Below are positions 12,901-27,768 of a stretch of 64,000 nt of DNA, one piece after another. Source of the DNA: Larus michahellis (taxonomy: Eukaryota); NCBI RefSeq assembly GCF_964199755.1, contig NC_133896.1, positions 203,207,471 to 203,271,470 on the forward strand, given 5' to 3'. The notes beneath the pieces were generated by a model that worked only from the letters and a program-made list of their open reading frames with translations, had not been told where the DNA came from and searched no databases. Position 1 is the first letter of the stretch, and every line of letters starts with the position of its first letter. Made by a program: the position numbers and the translations under genes.

Positions 12901-15900
12901 ATTAGTAATTACAGGATAGGATTAATGTATTTCCATTAGGTTTTTTTGCCTTAATTTCACTGTAATCAATTTTTTATTTATGTGAAAGCGAAAGTAATTT
13001 TATTCTCAGTGAATATTTGAAAGAAAAAGACCCCATCGAAACAAAACACCCCTCCCCCCAAAAACAGTGCCTAACATCCACCCTCCCAAGCAAAACAGGT
13101 TTTCCTTCTTTAAATAACCACATACACCTAAGCAAGTTGGAAGAGGAAATGTAGTAAATGTAAAAAGATGTAAAAACAAGGATTTACTGTAATTCTTTTT
13201 GCAGCTGTTTGCTCTTAGTGTTCTGCGCATATTGATGTGTTTCTTTTTTTTTTATAAGCTCCATTACTGTTCATTATTTGCTGTAAAAGGATTTATTCTG
13301 CAATGTTGATACTAAGGTTTAAATATTTTTATCTAGTGTAAAATTGCAGGAAAAAACTCTGCATAAACTAGCTATCGCAGTACTGTAGAATGCAGTCTTT
13401 GAACTGGCAGCTGAAAGTGGTCTTTCAAGCTGCTTACAAGTGTTTTAAATATTTGTATGCTAATGGAAAATTTGAATTCTTTGCGTGCATATTTAAAACA
13501 ATAATTCAGTCCATGCATTGCTGCAGATAGCCTTTTGCCCTCCTTGCTGCTTGGTCCTGCTTCCTGCCTGCTTTGTCCCACCCTCACATCTCTGTGCCCA
13601 TGCGGTGAGCAGGGTAAAAGAAACCTGGTGAAAATTACTGATTCTGCTCATTTCAGTGTGGAAGGAAAGAACAGCAAGGAGTGAGCAGTAGAGCAAGACT
13701 CTTCAGAACTGTCTGGATGTAGCTTAGTTTGTGCTGTATCAGCATCTCTGTGCCACATAGAGAATGTAGTTTTATGTACGTGTTTGGATGACTTTTCAGT
13801 ATTTCTAAGAAATACATAGCTTAGAACAAATTAGGTGAGAAATATGTTGAGAGCTTTAGATCTCTGAATCACATGGTTATGTTTTACATTCTTAGTGATA
13901 GCTGGCCCAAGAGGGCAAGTATCTGAAGTAATGAAGGGAAAAAAACTGTACACTAAAATGTTGAGCCAAACTGTATGTGAGCTTGATCTGTCTGTTCACT
14001 TTCTGCAGTTGCCAAGAAGGTTACATGCCAGCCAGTAAAATATGGAAAATAGTGTCCTTCATGATTTCTCCAGGAAAGATGATATACACAGTTGTTTTAG
14101 AGAAGCAAGACTATTCACATGTACTTTTTCTTTGAAGAAAATACGTGAACTGCAGTTACAAAGATGGGAAATACTGTCTTTTGAAATGTTAACGTTCTTC
14201 ATTCTTTGATACAATAGCACCAAAGTGTTCCATGTATTATGTTCCAATATTAAGGGAGAGAGCATGTGAAAGGTAAGCTGCAGCTCCAGTTCTAATCAAC
14301 TTGAAATCAAAAGCCTTTTCCAGAAGGCACAGAAAGAAAACTTCAATAATGAAACAGTAGTTCATCTTCAGTTTTGTTCCAATGTGGAACATTGTGCTTC
14401 TAGAACTTCCAGCATTGTATCAGTAGCAGTTCCTCAACTGACGCTTTCAGAACCAGAGCTGTGCCAAGTAATACAAATAAAGTTTCTGCCTTAGCGTGTG
14501 AAGAATGCAATTATTACATTTCAAAAACTGAATGTTCAGAGTTTTTAAAGAGAATGTATTAAATAATTGTCATGTATTGGATTACTGGTTTAAAAGTAAA
14601 AATTATGTTAACTTGGCAATTGGGATGGCTATGCTTTAAGAACCATTTTGGTATACGTGCCAGTTTATCGTTGCCATGTTGTGCTTTGTGTAGTTTTTGT
14701 GATATGACCTAATGCATGTTCAGCATCATTCTTGTATCACAGTTGTGTACAGTTTCATATTTTATTCACACTGCTGAATGCAAATGTCTGTAGAAGGGGG
14801 GTACTTAGAGCATTTGTTTAGCACTACGTAACTTGTTTAGGAGGAGTTTTCATTGCTAAGCTTGCTTTCTGTTTTGTGTTTGCTCTGCATGTTTTCTGCA
14901 AAATATGCTTTTTCTATTGCATATGGGGAAAGAGTAGCAAGTCATGAAAATGTGTTTATTAGGAAAGTAAACGGATGTCCTGGATGCCTCTAACTGCTTT
15001 TAAAATGACTGGCTCAGGGGAATAAAATAGCTTGGTATACTTTCATGCATAATTACATCTAGATTTTTTTCTTGCTCATGGACCGTTTCAGTATTAAAGA
15101 TAAAAAAAATTCTGAGTTTTAGTTTCCTTAGATAGTCTGGTTTCATCACAAGCATGTGTACAAGACATGAAATTAATCACAAATTACTTGATGTTTGCTC
15201 TGAATAGTACTCTAACTCCCCAAGATGTATTAAACTTAAAAAAAAATAATTATTTTGAGTTTCATCATTTTAAAGTGAAACTTAAAAAATTGTATTGAGT
15301 GAGAGTAAGCCAGTCCACTGCGGGGTGGGAGAAAGTACAAATCTCTGGAGAAATCATGCTCTTGTTTTGAGTTGCATTATGTTACTGGGCATGCATATTT
15401 TACTTTTTAAATTGGGACTATAGTGCGAAACTCTTTGTTATGAAGACTTAACAAGAGATATAATGTGTCTTATTAGTTATGAGTATTAATTGTAAGTTAT
15501 AAGTATTATTTCATAAGTTATAAAAATTAATTTATTGTTAGCGTCTTAAAAATAGAATTGGTTAGATCAGGCACATGTACTTTACTGGAGATGATGGCGT
15601 GTAGTATGAATATCAGAAAGAGGATAATTCAAGTGATGGCAGTTACCAAAGACTGATAATATGTTGTGCCCTTAAGCTTAGTTGGATAAAAACTGATATT
15701 GAGCGTTATTCTTACTACCTTTGAAGTTAATTCTTTCATACATCTTTTTCTTCTTCCAGTTTTAGCTATAAACCTGAATTCCCCAGGTGTCTGATATTTT
15801 TGGGAAATAAATACTGATTTTAAAACTTTGCCCAGAATCTTGATGCTACATTTGCATTTCTCCTTTGTTGTGTCAAGGAAGCTGAATGGTGTATCTTTAC

Positions 15901-18900
15901 AGAAGGTGGAAAAACTTAATTTTACTAGAGGTCTTGCATATTTACGAAGTATTTGAACTCTAAATCTTTCACTGGTCTGACAATTGAGGACATTGTGACT
16001 CGACTCCAACCTTCCATTAGTATTATTGTGAAAATTTTGCAAGCTTCTGCAAAACTTCAGAAGTGGTGTGAGGATGTAGTGTGACATACTGACTATGGGA
16101 TTGGGCCAAATCATTCATCTTTGAAGATTGTCACTGGCCTGCTCTGGGTATCCTTATCCATTCCACTTAGGACTTTGTTTCCTATTCTGTATTCCAGGGT
16201 GGGTTTTTTTTTGTTGTAAAAGGCTTTAAGTTTTCATGATGATGTGGAGGACATAAGCTGCATAAAACTTTATTTGGGGGTTGTAATATGGAAACAGGTT
16301 AAAGAAAAGTATCAGATGCACAGTAAAAACAGTTCTTTATATGATTTGGCAAGTCATTACATATCTCTCCATGAGTGTTTTGTTAGTATATGAATATCAT
16401 GCATGTATTCTTAACCTGTTGTGTCATTATAAAGGATTTATGGCCCTTCCTAAGGGGGGGTGTGTGGAGGGAAATAATTAAATGACAGAATACATGGGAA
16501 CTTAAAAAAAATAGATAGGTACCCATTCTTGACTCCTAGGTGTGTGGACATGCTAATGTGGAAAAGTAAAAGTAGGTAAGTGTTCTTCATGGATTTACAG
16601 GTTGGGGAGATAGTAGTGTGGAAAAGCATGAGGATGTGGTTTGAACTCCTCTTTCAGTTTGTTTCTTCTAAAAATTTGGAAGCTACCAGACAGTATAAGA
16701 ACCCCAGACATGACTCTTGATAAACTTAATCTAAAATTCTTAAATGTTGTTTCAGAGTTCTGCTACAAATAAAACCAGTTCAACATAAGCGTGCAAATAA
16801 AATACATGCTTTAATGGACAAAGTAAGTCTGAATCCTGTGTTTCACTAAGATATGGAGAAGCATAGTGTTATTGGGGAGTTGGATATATTTTCTTTTAGT
16901 TTTAGGTTTTGTCTATATAACCTTAAAGGAACAGAGGTGGAACTTTATTAATGACATGCAGGGAAAGGCCAAATATACAAGACAAAATTGTGCTGGGAAA
17001 AGGACTGAAGTTCAAGCATATGTAACTTAATCTACCGATGCTTCCAATAGAGGACTTCTGTCATCAGTTTAGAGAGCTCCTGCTTAAAAACAAATGCTGC
17101 CCAAGTGTGGTCCAGCTCTCATTGCAGGAAAACGTCATCTTTGCCTTGATCGTGACCAAACCAGAACAGGACTATCAGGATTTAAGTTTATGAAGAAAAT
17201 AATTATCTTGCCACAGCGATAACTCTGAGTAGTTGAACAGTCAGCACCTGACGTAGCTTGTGTGCTGATCAGGTAGGTGACTGTCAGAGCCTTCCCTGGG
17301 CTTTGGTGTGGTAGTGCCTTTGGTTGTTCCAGCAGTAGCTTCACCTGCCTCAGTTAATGAAGTTCCTTTATGCTTACAAGGATGCTTTTCAAAGTCTTCA
17401 TCTCTTCTGCTTAGCAAATTTCAGTCGCACAGTGGCAGCTACTGCAGCTGGGTGTTGAGGTTGGTATAGTCGTGGAGCGCCTAAATCAGCGTTTGCTCTT
17501 ATTAGTTTACACCTTTCCGGTCGTAGCAGTGCGCTTCCAAATGATACCTTTCGTGAATTATAAACTTGGCATTCTCAACGAGGTATTGATCTGAGCAAGC
17601 TTGAGTAGAGACTTAAGAAATTTTAAAAAAATACAAACCAGTTACACTTGTACTGTCAATGACAGAAATTCCTTTCATAATTCAAGGTGTGTTACAGAAA
17701 ACAAATCTGTTGGATGATTATTGCAGTCTGATTCCATAATTTTATAATAAAGATGTGAAGACTTGGTTCTGCCTCCAGCTGATGAGGTTCATCTTTAAAC
17801 TCTTTGGGCATTTACTTTAGTTTACACAGTGTGGTGTAAACTAGAGTCACACAAAATTTATGCATAAATATACCCTGTCAGAGCACAGTCGGCAATTGGG
17901 TGCTGATCAGATGCAAGATTTTGCAGAGCTTGAAATGAAAGTAAGTTGACTGAAATAGATTGTTAAATAAGATGGAAATAAAGTTATGAGAAGGCAAGAA
18001 CAAGGTTGAGCAGAATAGGAGAGCAAACTGAATGCTTTGAAGATGGTTCATAAAAAGTAGTGGAAGAACCTGATAACAGGTAAATGTTCTGTTAACCTTT
18101 CAAAGAAATTGGTGCATCAGTATGCAGAACTTCGGTTTGAAATGCAGACTTCGTTGGAGAAGCTGCTGCTTGCTTATGTGGAGTTTCTTTTTCAAGACGT
18201 AGTAAATAATTTTTGTAGTGTCTTTAATAGTTTGTAGTGTCTTTAAATGGATGGTTTTTCCTTGTGTACATCAAAAGTCATAAACAGGTAACTGAAGGAA
18301 CAACTTTGTTTTAGCATGTGTTCATAACTGTTTTCTCATTGTGTTGATACTTAGAAATTTGTCACCTGACATAATTTTGATAACTTATTTTTAAATGCAT
18401 ATTTTTAATGTGAGAATTATAGTATGAGCTTGCATCTTGAAATCTGAATGAACTATGCTGAAAAATAGTGCCAACGGTCAAAATATTTGATTAAAAACAT
18501 TTTAGTCTTGAACATGATGCCAACCGACTGCCTTTGTATGTAAGATGATAACTAAAGGAAATTCTTTCTTTCTTATCATGTGGTCTTGGCTTAGTCCAGT
18601 GCAAACGTGGTTTCAACATTAAGGCCTTTGTTGTTCTCAAGTGAAGAAAGTTGTAGTCAACTGGAGTGTCTTTTAGGCGGGTAGGTGGTGGAAGGGTTAA
18701 TTTGAATAGTATTCCTAATGCACACTGAGATGCTTGAGAGTTAATCTGTTACTCAAATGTGAAATTATTCCTAGTATCATGCTTTTCGGTCCTCTACATG
18801 TTAGCAGGTGCTTTCTTAGCTCTGTGTATATGAGAGATGAGGCTTAATTTTTTAAAAAATTTATGATAGTCACTTAGAAAGCTGTTTCACTTTGTGTAGG

Positions 18901-19684
18901 AATAATAACTTTATCTTACAGGTACTAGCCACTTCTACTAAAATAAAGAAAGTATAATGGTACTAGAAAGTTGAGCTAAATCTTACTTCGAGCAGCATGA
19001 GCAATATGTCCAATTGTGCAAGTAAAGGACAAAAAGCCATGCTTAAAGCCAAGCTTGAGTCTCAGCTTGTCAGATGATGAAGCTTGTACAACAGTAGCAA
19101 GTAGAGAATCTCTGCTCTTCAGTTTTATGCGGTTGAGTTCACCGCATATTCTGCCTTAAAATTTTTCACAGGTTTCTTGGTGATGTTATGCACAACTTTT
19201 TAGCCCAGGTCTGAGTAGTAATCTGCTTAGACTGGGTAAGTGCAGGCTTGGTTTGTTGCAAGGACTAGTTATGTCATACTGAGAGAGATGTGTAAATGCC
19301 TTCATCTCTACAAAACACAAGTTTTCATGAGAAATGGTACCTTTATTGAACCACCTTTGTGGGTTTTTTTCGTAAACAGGTAAGTCTTTATGTCAGTGGA
19401 CCAATATGTGATAGAGCATTTGCAGGATACCCTGCAGTTTATTAATGCTGTTCTGTTGTCTTTGTTTTGAAATACAGATTCCATTTCCTGTGTATGTCCA
19501 AACTAATGTAAGATTTCCTTTTTTCTACCAAATATGGCTTTATTATGGTGGAAGCTGGAAGCTTGTGTTCTGTATTTGTCATGGAATAATCAGAGATAGA
19601 AATTGTCACCCAGCAGAGTTAGTACAGGAAGAACGTTACTTAAATGCACAATGAATTACCAAATCTTGTGAAAGAGCCAGAGGC

Positions 19685-19925
19685 AGTGGGCACAAACTGA
19701 AACACAGGAGAACACCAGGAAAGACATTTTTAATGTGAGGGTGACTAAGCACCGGCACAGGTTGCCCAGGGAGGTTGTGGAGTCTCCATCCTTGTAGATA
19801 CCAAAACCCATCTGGATGTTGTCCTGGGCATCGGCTCTAGGGGACTCTGCTTGAGCAGGGGGGTCAGACCAGATGATTTCTGGAGGTCCCTTCCAACATT
19901 CCCTTCTGTGATTCTGCTATCTAAA
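19685..19925 (+). mobile_element. CR1 LINE 3' terminal fragment, sense orientation.
   Basis: Contains gcccagggaggttgtggagtctccatcc … ccagatgatttctggaggtcccttccaacattcccttctgtgattctg, the canonical CR1 3' end with an ATTCTGTG-type terminus. Confidence 0.85.
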
Positions 19926-22900
19926 TAAAGCTTTGTCTTTATTGAACTTTATGTGAATTAACATTAAAACCCTATTACATGCTTAGGCATTTGAATGCTT
20001 CCTTACTGGGTTTCATTTCAATATAGATGTATGTATTGCTTAGTATTGTTAAATTTTACATTTTCAAATGAAGCATTTCAAAGATGAAAGCTCTTTGAGT
20101 GAATCTCGAGTTGTTGCTCTTTATAAGGACCGTGCGACCACAGCTTGCCCTGCCCTTTCCCCCAGCACAGTCTTATGGCTTCAGAGATTTTAGCCCCACA
20201 AAGATAATCAATTCTGCTGTCATTATTTTGGAAGAGGAGGTTAGGACACTGGCCTAACTTGGCACCTGCTGCAAAAATGACAGGTAAGGAATCCTGCAGG
20301 AGGGAATGGGGAGCATTGTGTGAAGTTGTGTAAAGCAGCATTGCTAACACTTCAGAAGTAAATGTGCTGTGTATCGGTGAGTTTCACAATTCCTTAAAAA
20401 TGCTGTTTTTTTTAAATTAGAGAAAGTTGGATTATGCACAATCTAGGAAGCTTCCCTTAAAACTAGATTCCCCCATAGTTTTTGGAAGATCCAAAATATC
20501 CTTAACTAGTGAGGTCATTACATCTTAACTGCATATATTTTTCTGTAATAATAAGTTTATGCTGATTTTCTGTAGTTTTAAAACTCTAAAATCTGAGAAA
20601 ATTGTCTTAGGCTTTGCCTATGCACATTTTTGCTACTTTAATTGTAATTATTTTGAAATCAAACAATCTATATTAATAAAACTGCCTATTTAAATGTCTT
20701 CAAAATTTTCCTAGTGGTTCTCTCATCTCAGATTGCATAACTGTAAGCTTGTTTGCACAGCATGTAGCGCAATGGTATTGTCACTTGTCTTAAAGTAGTA
20801 GAGCAGCAGTGATACTACTTAACTGTATGCTAGCTGTGCTGGTTTAGTATCTCAGTAACAGCAGACTTACAGATTTGTTTCAAACTCTGTAGGTAAACAA
20901 GCCATTGATTTTCTGTGAGAGAATAACTCTAAATTTCTAGAACCTTGCATAAAACAAGCTCATGAAATTTTAACTAACTTCCAATGCTGAGTGATGCAAT
21001 GGTTTTAGATGTTTTTGATCAGACAGGTTTCTTAAGTTTTCTTTGTTAATTGGTGAAGTAACATCTGTAGGTCATTATTTCTAGGTGAAAGATGATGAGG
21101 GTTAAAGGTTATTCCATTGCTCCTTCAATGGTTTTGTACTTCCTGGTTGTTCATGGTAAGATGAAGTATCACAAAATGCTCAGGAGCTTTGCATCCATGT
21201 AAGAGGGCATGTGAGTTCTGAGTGGAGAAAATGAACTGGTAGATGTTCTTCCAAGCTGCTCAACAGGAACACAGTCATTGAAAGTAGAAACCTGAACATC
21301 TGAAGACATTCCTGGTGCATTAATGACAACACAAGGAATGTTCATGAGCAATATAGGGGAGGGGTCCGTCTTCAAAAAATACGGGATTGAGTTGCTGTTT
21401 CTTATAAGATTATTTTAATGACTTTGTATGACTACAGACTCACAGTTTACAGAATTTTGCAAAAATATAATGTATATATTTATATATAAAATATATATAA
21501 AAATATAACTAATTATACTGTGCAATAGAAGTCTGCGTCATGTTAAGAAGTTAGACTTCCTTTCTGCTGATCAAATACAAATTTCTTTGAAATAGTAGAG
21601 AATCTTTACTAAAAAAAGGATCCTTCTTTTCTATAAAATGCACTGTCTTACATCTAGGAACATAATGATTTGCAAATTAATCATTTTTATTAAATTTACA
21701 AAGTACTTAAAATTTCAGTTTCTTCAAATTCAGGCCTTGCTTAAGCTGCCCAGATGAAATCTTTGTCCTTTCTGTTTAAACGTTTTCAGACATGCTCATT
21801 ATTCCCAAATACTGAAGAAATAGTTTAACCGCTGCATGAGTGAAGTTTTGAAGTCCAGGCAAAACAGAAAAAAAAATGTCTCTTCATCATAGTATTGTCA
21901 CTGATAACGGGTTTATTAACCTAGCCACTGGTAATGGCCACTGTTCATTCTTTTTTGAAATCTGATTCCAGAAGAGGAGCATTAGTACATTCACATTCCT
22001 CATTCTGTGTAAGATCCTAACTTCAGATACTCTATAAATTGAAAGTTGTAAATAAATTAAAATGTTTTTGATAGTCAAGAAAACGAAATGCTTGCTGTCT
22101 CAGTTCGAGTAGTATTTGCCCATTTGTTTCTAGGATCTTAATTTTCCTTTTGAGCCTTAATTTGGTAAGGTTCACTTTTTCCCTTAAATGCTTCTAGCTG
22201 TCTGCAACTCTAAGCTCTTAAGGAGAGAATTTGGGGAACTTAAGATTGGGAAAAGTTATGTTGCAGTTTGTCTCCTGTAATCACTGGCAGCCATGTAATG
22301 ATGCCCAGGTGACAATTTCTTTTCCCTCTCATGGCTTTATTGTTGCAAATGTGTGTGTTTGCCCTCAGCAGGGGCTCTTCATGAGTAAGGTGAGCAGGTT
22401 TGGCCAGACTTGAGTAATAACTGAGAGAAGAATGGGGAAGAAAAGATTGCTTGACCATTTAAAAATGTCTAGTGCTGTATTTTCTGTTAGTACGTCAGCA
22501 GCCAATGTTGTTATCTGTTACCTTTTGATAGGTAAACCTGAACAAATGCAAACATGAACACAGCTCTGCGGATCATCTCGGGTTCCCTTTGGAAACCCCA
22601 AGTAAATGGGAACAAGGGATTGTGTGTTTTCCTGAGAACAGCTCGGCATTGGAATTCATTCCTTTCTGTGATGGATAGTGGCTCTGCTACTCTCAAAGCG
22701 CAACCTGTGCCTGCTGGTGCAAAATGTCCTATGGTCCACTTCAGTGGGAGTCAAAATTTACCCGTGCTGCTGTTCTGTGTTGCTAGGTAATTTTAAAAGT
22801 AGACATAAAATAAAGGGGGAAATGGAGGGAAATAACAGGTCGGGGGGAAGCTCTTTGTTACAGTAACCACCAAAATTACAGTTAATTTAAAAAATAATTT

Positions 22901-25900
22901 AAAAAAAAGGCAATCTGTTGTGTCACTGAAGGCAGTGGAGCTGTGTAGCATCAGTGTGCAAGGTAAATGTAAAACTTCCTTCATTGTTGTAGATCATCAC
23001 GGCTGTTTCTGCCTGGTGTGCTGCTGTGGCAGCTTGGAGCTTGGCTCGCATAGCAGTTCTGTATTGGAAAGACAATACTGGCGTGTACTCTAAGCTGAAA
23101 ATATGTTACTTGAGATGGGTTGTATTGAGGAGCTGGTTTTTGATTTTTCCTTGGTAATGGCCCAATACTTGTACAGTACCGGTCAGTTTGTGCGTGGTGC
23201 ATCTGTTCTCTTCGTAATAGGCATGTTTATCATGCTGTTAGCCTTTTAGAATATTTCAGATTCATTTTGCTTGGCACCATACCCGCTTTGAGCTTTAATT
23301 TAAAGAAAAGCTATATCATATGAATGAAGGTGTTTCAGAGCCTGTTACTTTGAAAATAACTATTTGCTGTGTTCCTGCACACTCTTAAAAATCCCTTTTT
23401 TTAGCACTAGCACTAGGATTTGTTCAGGTCTAACAAAATAATTACTGTTAATCATAAACAGTAGGATTTATATAGCATAGAGAGGTTGGAATGGTCTTAA
23501 CTTCTTGTAGAGAGACAATCCTGAAGAAATAGTGCAGTGGTAGAGACATACTGTTTAAACAGCCCCCACCCCGTAATAATAACAACTTTATAAGTATTTG
23601 AGTTATGGTAAATGATTAATTTGTAAAAACTACCATATGTTCTTCGTGGCTGGTTCTTAGAGGTTGTCTTCAAAAACATACCAGAATTATTTGGCTACAG
23701 TTTTGTCACTCGTATCTACTGGTTGCCAACAATCCGTCTCACTGCTTCCTCTTCCGTAAATCTGCGTGGCCAAGAAAGAGACGGTAACTAGCATATGCTG
23801 GCTGTTAGGGAAACTGGAGAGACTGTGTCAGGCCTTTGGAGGTCTTAGCGCTGCTGTTTGTAGATAGGGGAACAAAGGAAGAAAAGCTTAATTATTATGG
23901 TTTTTTCATAATATTAAAATATAGACTGAAGGGTGGGCAGTTTCTAATTGTAGCTTCTCTTTAAGACGGATACATACTTATCAGTAGCTGGATTAGTTTC
24001 ACTATGTGAAGGTCATATGCCGGGACACTAATATTTGTCCAGGTGACAACGGCAGCTTGGTCCTCAGTAAGGCTGACAGTCATCACTGTGGCCATTATTG
24101 TATTTTACCTGCTAAATTATTTTAGTACTAGCACTTGTAAAATTACAGCTCTAGTTTTAAAAGGTTAGTAGGCTGTGCTCTATCATACCTGCTTTAAGAA
24201 GAAAGTGCCAACTAGCTGAATGCCTGCGTTACGGAATAATTAATTAAACTTTTGAAACTGGATATATGACAAGCTGCACCATGGCGGGGGGAAATGAAGC
24301 AAATGGAAGAATTGATGAATTAACAGCACTTTAAATAGAACTCAGACATTAAATTGTGCCAACATTGAAATCACATTTATTCTGAGCTGCTATCCTCAGC
24401 CTTTTTTTAGCTGTATCTGATAAGGTAAACGCTACCTTTATTGTAAGTGTTTGTGGTTGTGTGTTGTAATTTGCACGTATGTCACTTCTGAGTTGCTTTT
24501 TGGGGCTGTTCCTGAAGCAAAGCTAGTCTGAAAGGTGCAACCTGTGTGTGGCTTTCCAAAGTCTTTTTCTAAGAAATATCTTGCAGGGTGCGCTAAGTTT
24601 ACTGATCATCAAACAGGACCTCAAGACGTTAGTAAATTGTTTAAGAAGTCTTTGTCTGGGAGCATACAGAGTTCTTTATCCCCTTGTGCTGCTATAAGGG
24701 GGGTTTTCCAGGCAGGCTGCCTCTCTCCAGACATTTCTTCAGAGCTCCTGGGCTCTGCAACGTGTTTCTATGTCTGCTTCTCCAGCCTGAGGAACGGATT
24801 ACGTTAAACCTATCAAAGACTGCAGTACTTGCACGTTATTTTAAAATGGATGTATTTGTGGAGAAGAGGTGATTTTAATTGGGGGTGGGGGAGGAGGGAA
24901 TGTGTGCGTATGGACGAAAGCTGTTTTGAAGCCTGAATGGCTGGGGCAGAAAACTCTTGAATTTTAAACTTTGGATAATTATTTTGCATGTAGACTCTGG
25001 AAGAAAACACACAGAGTTCAAGATGGGTACTCTTATTTATACTTTCAGTTATTATTTAGGCCTTTTTGAATATAATTAAATAATTTTAATTATGAATTAA
25101 CAAGTGTACTCTGACTTGCTGTTTGTTCTTCCAACCACGCTTACTGCATATGCAAGCAGATCTATTGCAGAAGTTTTAAAATTACAAAAGTCTTAAACTT
25201 TTGCATCAATTTCTAATGCTTTTAGTATTAAAACATATTTTAATGAAACTCATGTACAGTTCTGTTCTGAGATGTTATTATAAAGTAGGACAACATTTTA
25301 TTTCAGTTGTATTATTTTCATATATAGCTTTTAAGTATCTGTTAAATGTCTGTAGCACAGCAGGCTGCAGAATGGGGGAGGAGACTGTATTTGTGCTTCC
25401 ATACCCTCAGTACAGCTGCAGTGAGAGCAGTTAGTTCTCAAGTTTCTTTAATAACTCTGTGTTGTGTGCAAGGGATCCTACTTATTGCAGTGGCAATAAT
25501 ATGAGAAGGATGAAATGTCACTTTGGCCACATGCGTTGGTAGGCCCAGAAGATGACAGTGTTGTGTTTATGTGTGTTGTAAAAACCTCTCCAAAGAGAAT
25601 TGGCTTGGGGCTCTTTGGAGCAGAACAGCACTTAATCTACTCCAAGCAGAAGTATGAAAATCTAGGAACTTGTTAATGTTCTTGGAACAGCTGTTTTTTA
25701 ACTGCTGAGGTAGTAAAATCAAATTTAAAATCTTTAGAGAAATCTGTGTAGTGACAAGTGGTAAGAATGGGTAGAGAATAAATGGATTTTTTTTTTCCTG
25801 GTAATGTGAATTTTTATTATGGTTTATTTCTCCGTTTTATACTTATGGGTATTTGGAAAGAGAAGTTACTGTATTTTCTAGTTTGTTTGAAGTGTTGTTT

Positions 25901-26817
25901 ACTGTCTCTTTATTTTTTAGGTTACTACTAAAATCTTAAAATGCAGATGAAGACGGGCTTGTGCAGAATCCTTCTGCTATCTTATGCATACAAAAGGGAA
26001 TCCTAAACCAAGTTTTAGTACAAGGTACGTATTAGGATATTTGGCTTTATTCAGCAATTACTGAAATTAGGAGCCCTCTTCTTGTTCACATTTGCAATTT
26101 GATGTAATTCCGCTTCTATACTTCACACTAATCCTTGCCTTCAGGTAATGTAATTCCTTGCATAATTCCTGTGATGTGTTAACATGTTTTTAAAGGACTT
26201 GAAGTACATGTACACAGCCTCTTGCAGGCAGCTCAAAATCTGGCTGGCCATAATGTGTCTTACATCCAAAAACCAGAGTGGCACATTACTGTAATGCCAT
26301 GTCTGAGCTACTGGATGTTATTGATACATTGTGCTCAGAATCCAGTTTGTATGATCAACATAGTAGGTTCTGTTTCTGAACAGTCCTCGGGATTAGCCAG
26401 TAGGTTTTAGTCCGGAAGGCTGTGTCCATGTACTCTGTAAAACCTGGAGTCAAGTTCAGTTAGCGTACATCTACCCTGGCTGTTGGAAACATCTCTGTGG
26501 GGCTGACAGATACGAAGGTTTTAAGGAGAGATTTATGCAGCTTGGTTCAGTAGTTCTGATAGTTTTGAAATTCCAAAATAACAACCGAATATCCAAAACA
26601 TCATAAAGTAAAAATAATTTTAAATACTGATGGTATTTCACTGAGATGTGCAAGTTCTACTGATAAAGCAAAAGGAATTTGGGTTAGTTCTCCACTGTGT
26701 GTGTTTGGCCTAGTACATGGACTCAGAGCACTCTGTATAGTTGTGTTAACAGTAAATAGAGAACTATATATATATAAAGAACAAGATATTTAAAGCTATT
26801 TATTAATGACATGCGAA

Positions 26818-26892
26818 AGAAGTCCCTGCCCATGGCAGGGGGGCTGGACTAGATGATCCTCAAAGGTTCCTTCCAACCCAAACTATTCTATG
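26818..26892 (+). mobile_element. Short CR1 3'-end fragment.
   Basis: Contains ggctggactagatgatcctcaaaggttccttccaacc … attctatggttct. Confidence 0.7.
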
Positions 26893-27534
26893 GTTCTATA
26901 GTAGTACTTGATATGATTTATGGCAAATTAGAACAATACTTTTACTGATTTCCAAGTCAGCTGGTAAATTAGTATGGCAAGTAAGCAGTAAAACTTCAGA
27001 GTTGCATGGGAAGTATAAACATGATGGGGTCCTTGGTCGTTCTGTAAAAAGTATGGGAAGGGCAACATCTTTCTGCAGACACACATCTCAAACTGTACTG
27101 TCAGTTATACTAGAAAATTGCTGATGTGGTCTTTGATTCCCAAGATTGAAGTAGTGCAAAATTTCTACCCCAGTTAGGCAGAATCTTATTGTACTCTCCA
27201 CAGAAGCTCTGTCTCCTTCCTCTCCCCGCACCCCACCCCTCCCTGGGCTTTTACTCTACCTGCTATGCCTTGTTGCATTTTTCACTTAGGTAGAGCTGCT
27301 TTGTAAAGGACTTTCCCAAAGAAAAAAATTTCTCTGTGCACATTTCAGATGGGGAGTTGGAGCCCTGCTCCCCTCCCGAGTGTTCAGGTCACCCCAGTAA
27401 TGCGCTGTGTACCAGACAGTCTGGTAGTTACCCTTGCTGCTGGAAATTACTTCTCACCTGAGCCCTGCAGTGCTAACTCCCACCTCGCCTCTGCAGCTGA
27501 AATTGTGGCAGGTTTTTTCACAGAATCCCACAGT

Positions 27535-27768
27535 ATCTGAGGTTGGAAGGGTGCTCTGGAGATGGTATAATCCAAATCCCTGCTCAGAGCAGGATGTCGG
27601 GTAGAGCAGGTTGCCCTGGATGATGTCCATTTTGTTTTGGTGTCCAAGGAGTGGGAACGCCACAGCCTCTCTGGGCAGCCTGTACCAGTGCTTGGTCACC
27701 TTTACTAAAAGTTTCCTGATGTTCACAGGGAGACACCTGTGTTCTGGTTTGTGCCCATTGTCTCTGGT
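27535..27768 (-). mobile_element. CR1 copy B, 3'-terminal part. It is separated from the rest of copy B by the insertion of CR1 copy A.
   Basis: The reverse-complement CR1 3' terminus (cacagaatcccacagtatctgaggttggaagggtg…) encodes the ORF2 C-terminus on the - strand (…[32 protein letters not shown]…). Confidence 0.75.

Noticed and set aside
17440-17560. A small CpG-enriched patch (about 7 CpGs in 110 bp) in intergenic DNA.
   Set aside because: It is too short and isolated to call an island, and no motif was recognised. It could be a conserved element, but nothing in the sequence alone supports a specific call.
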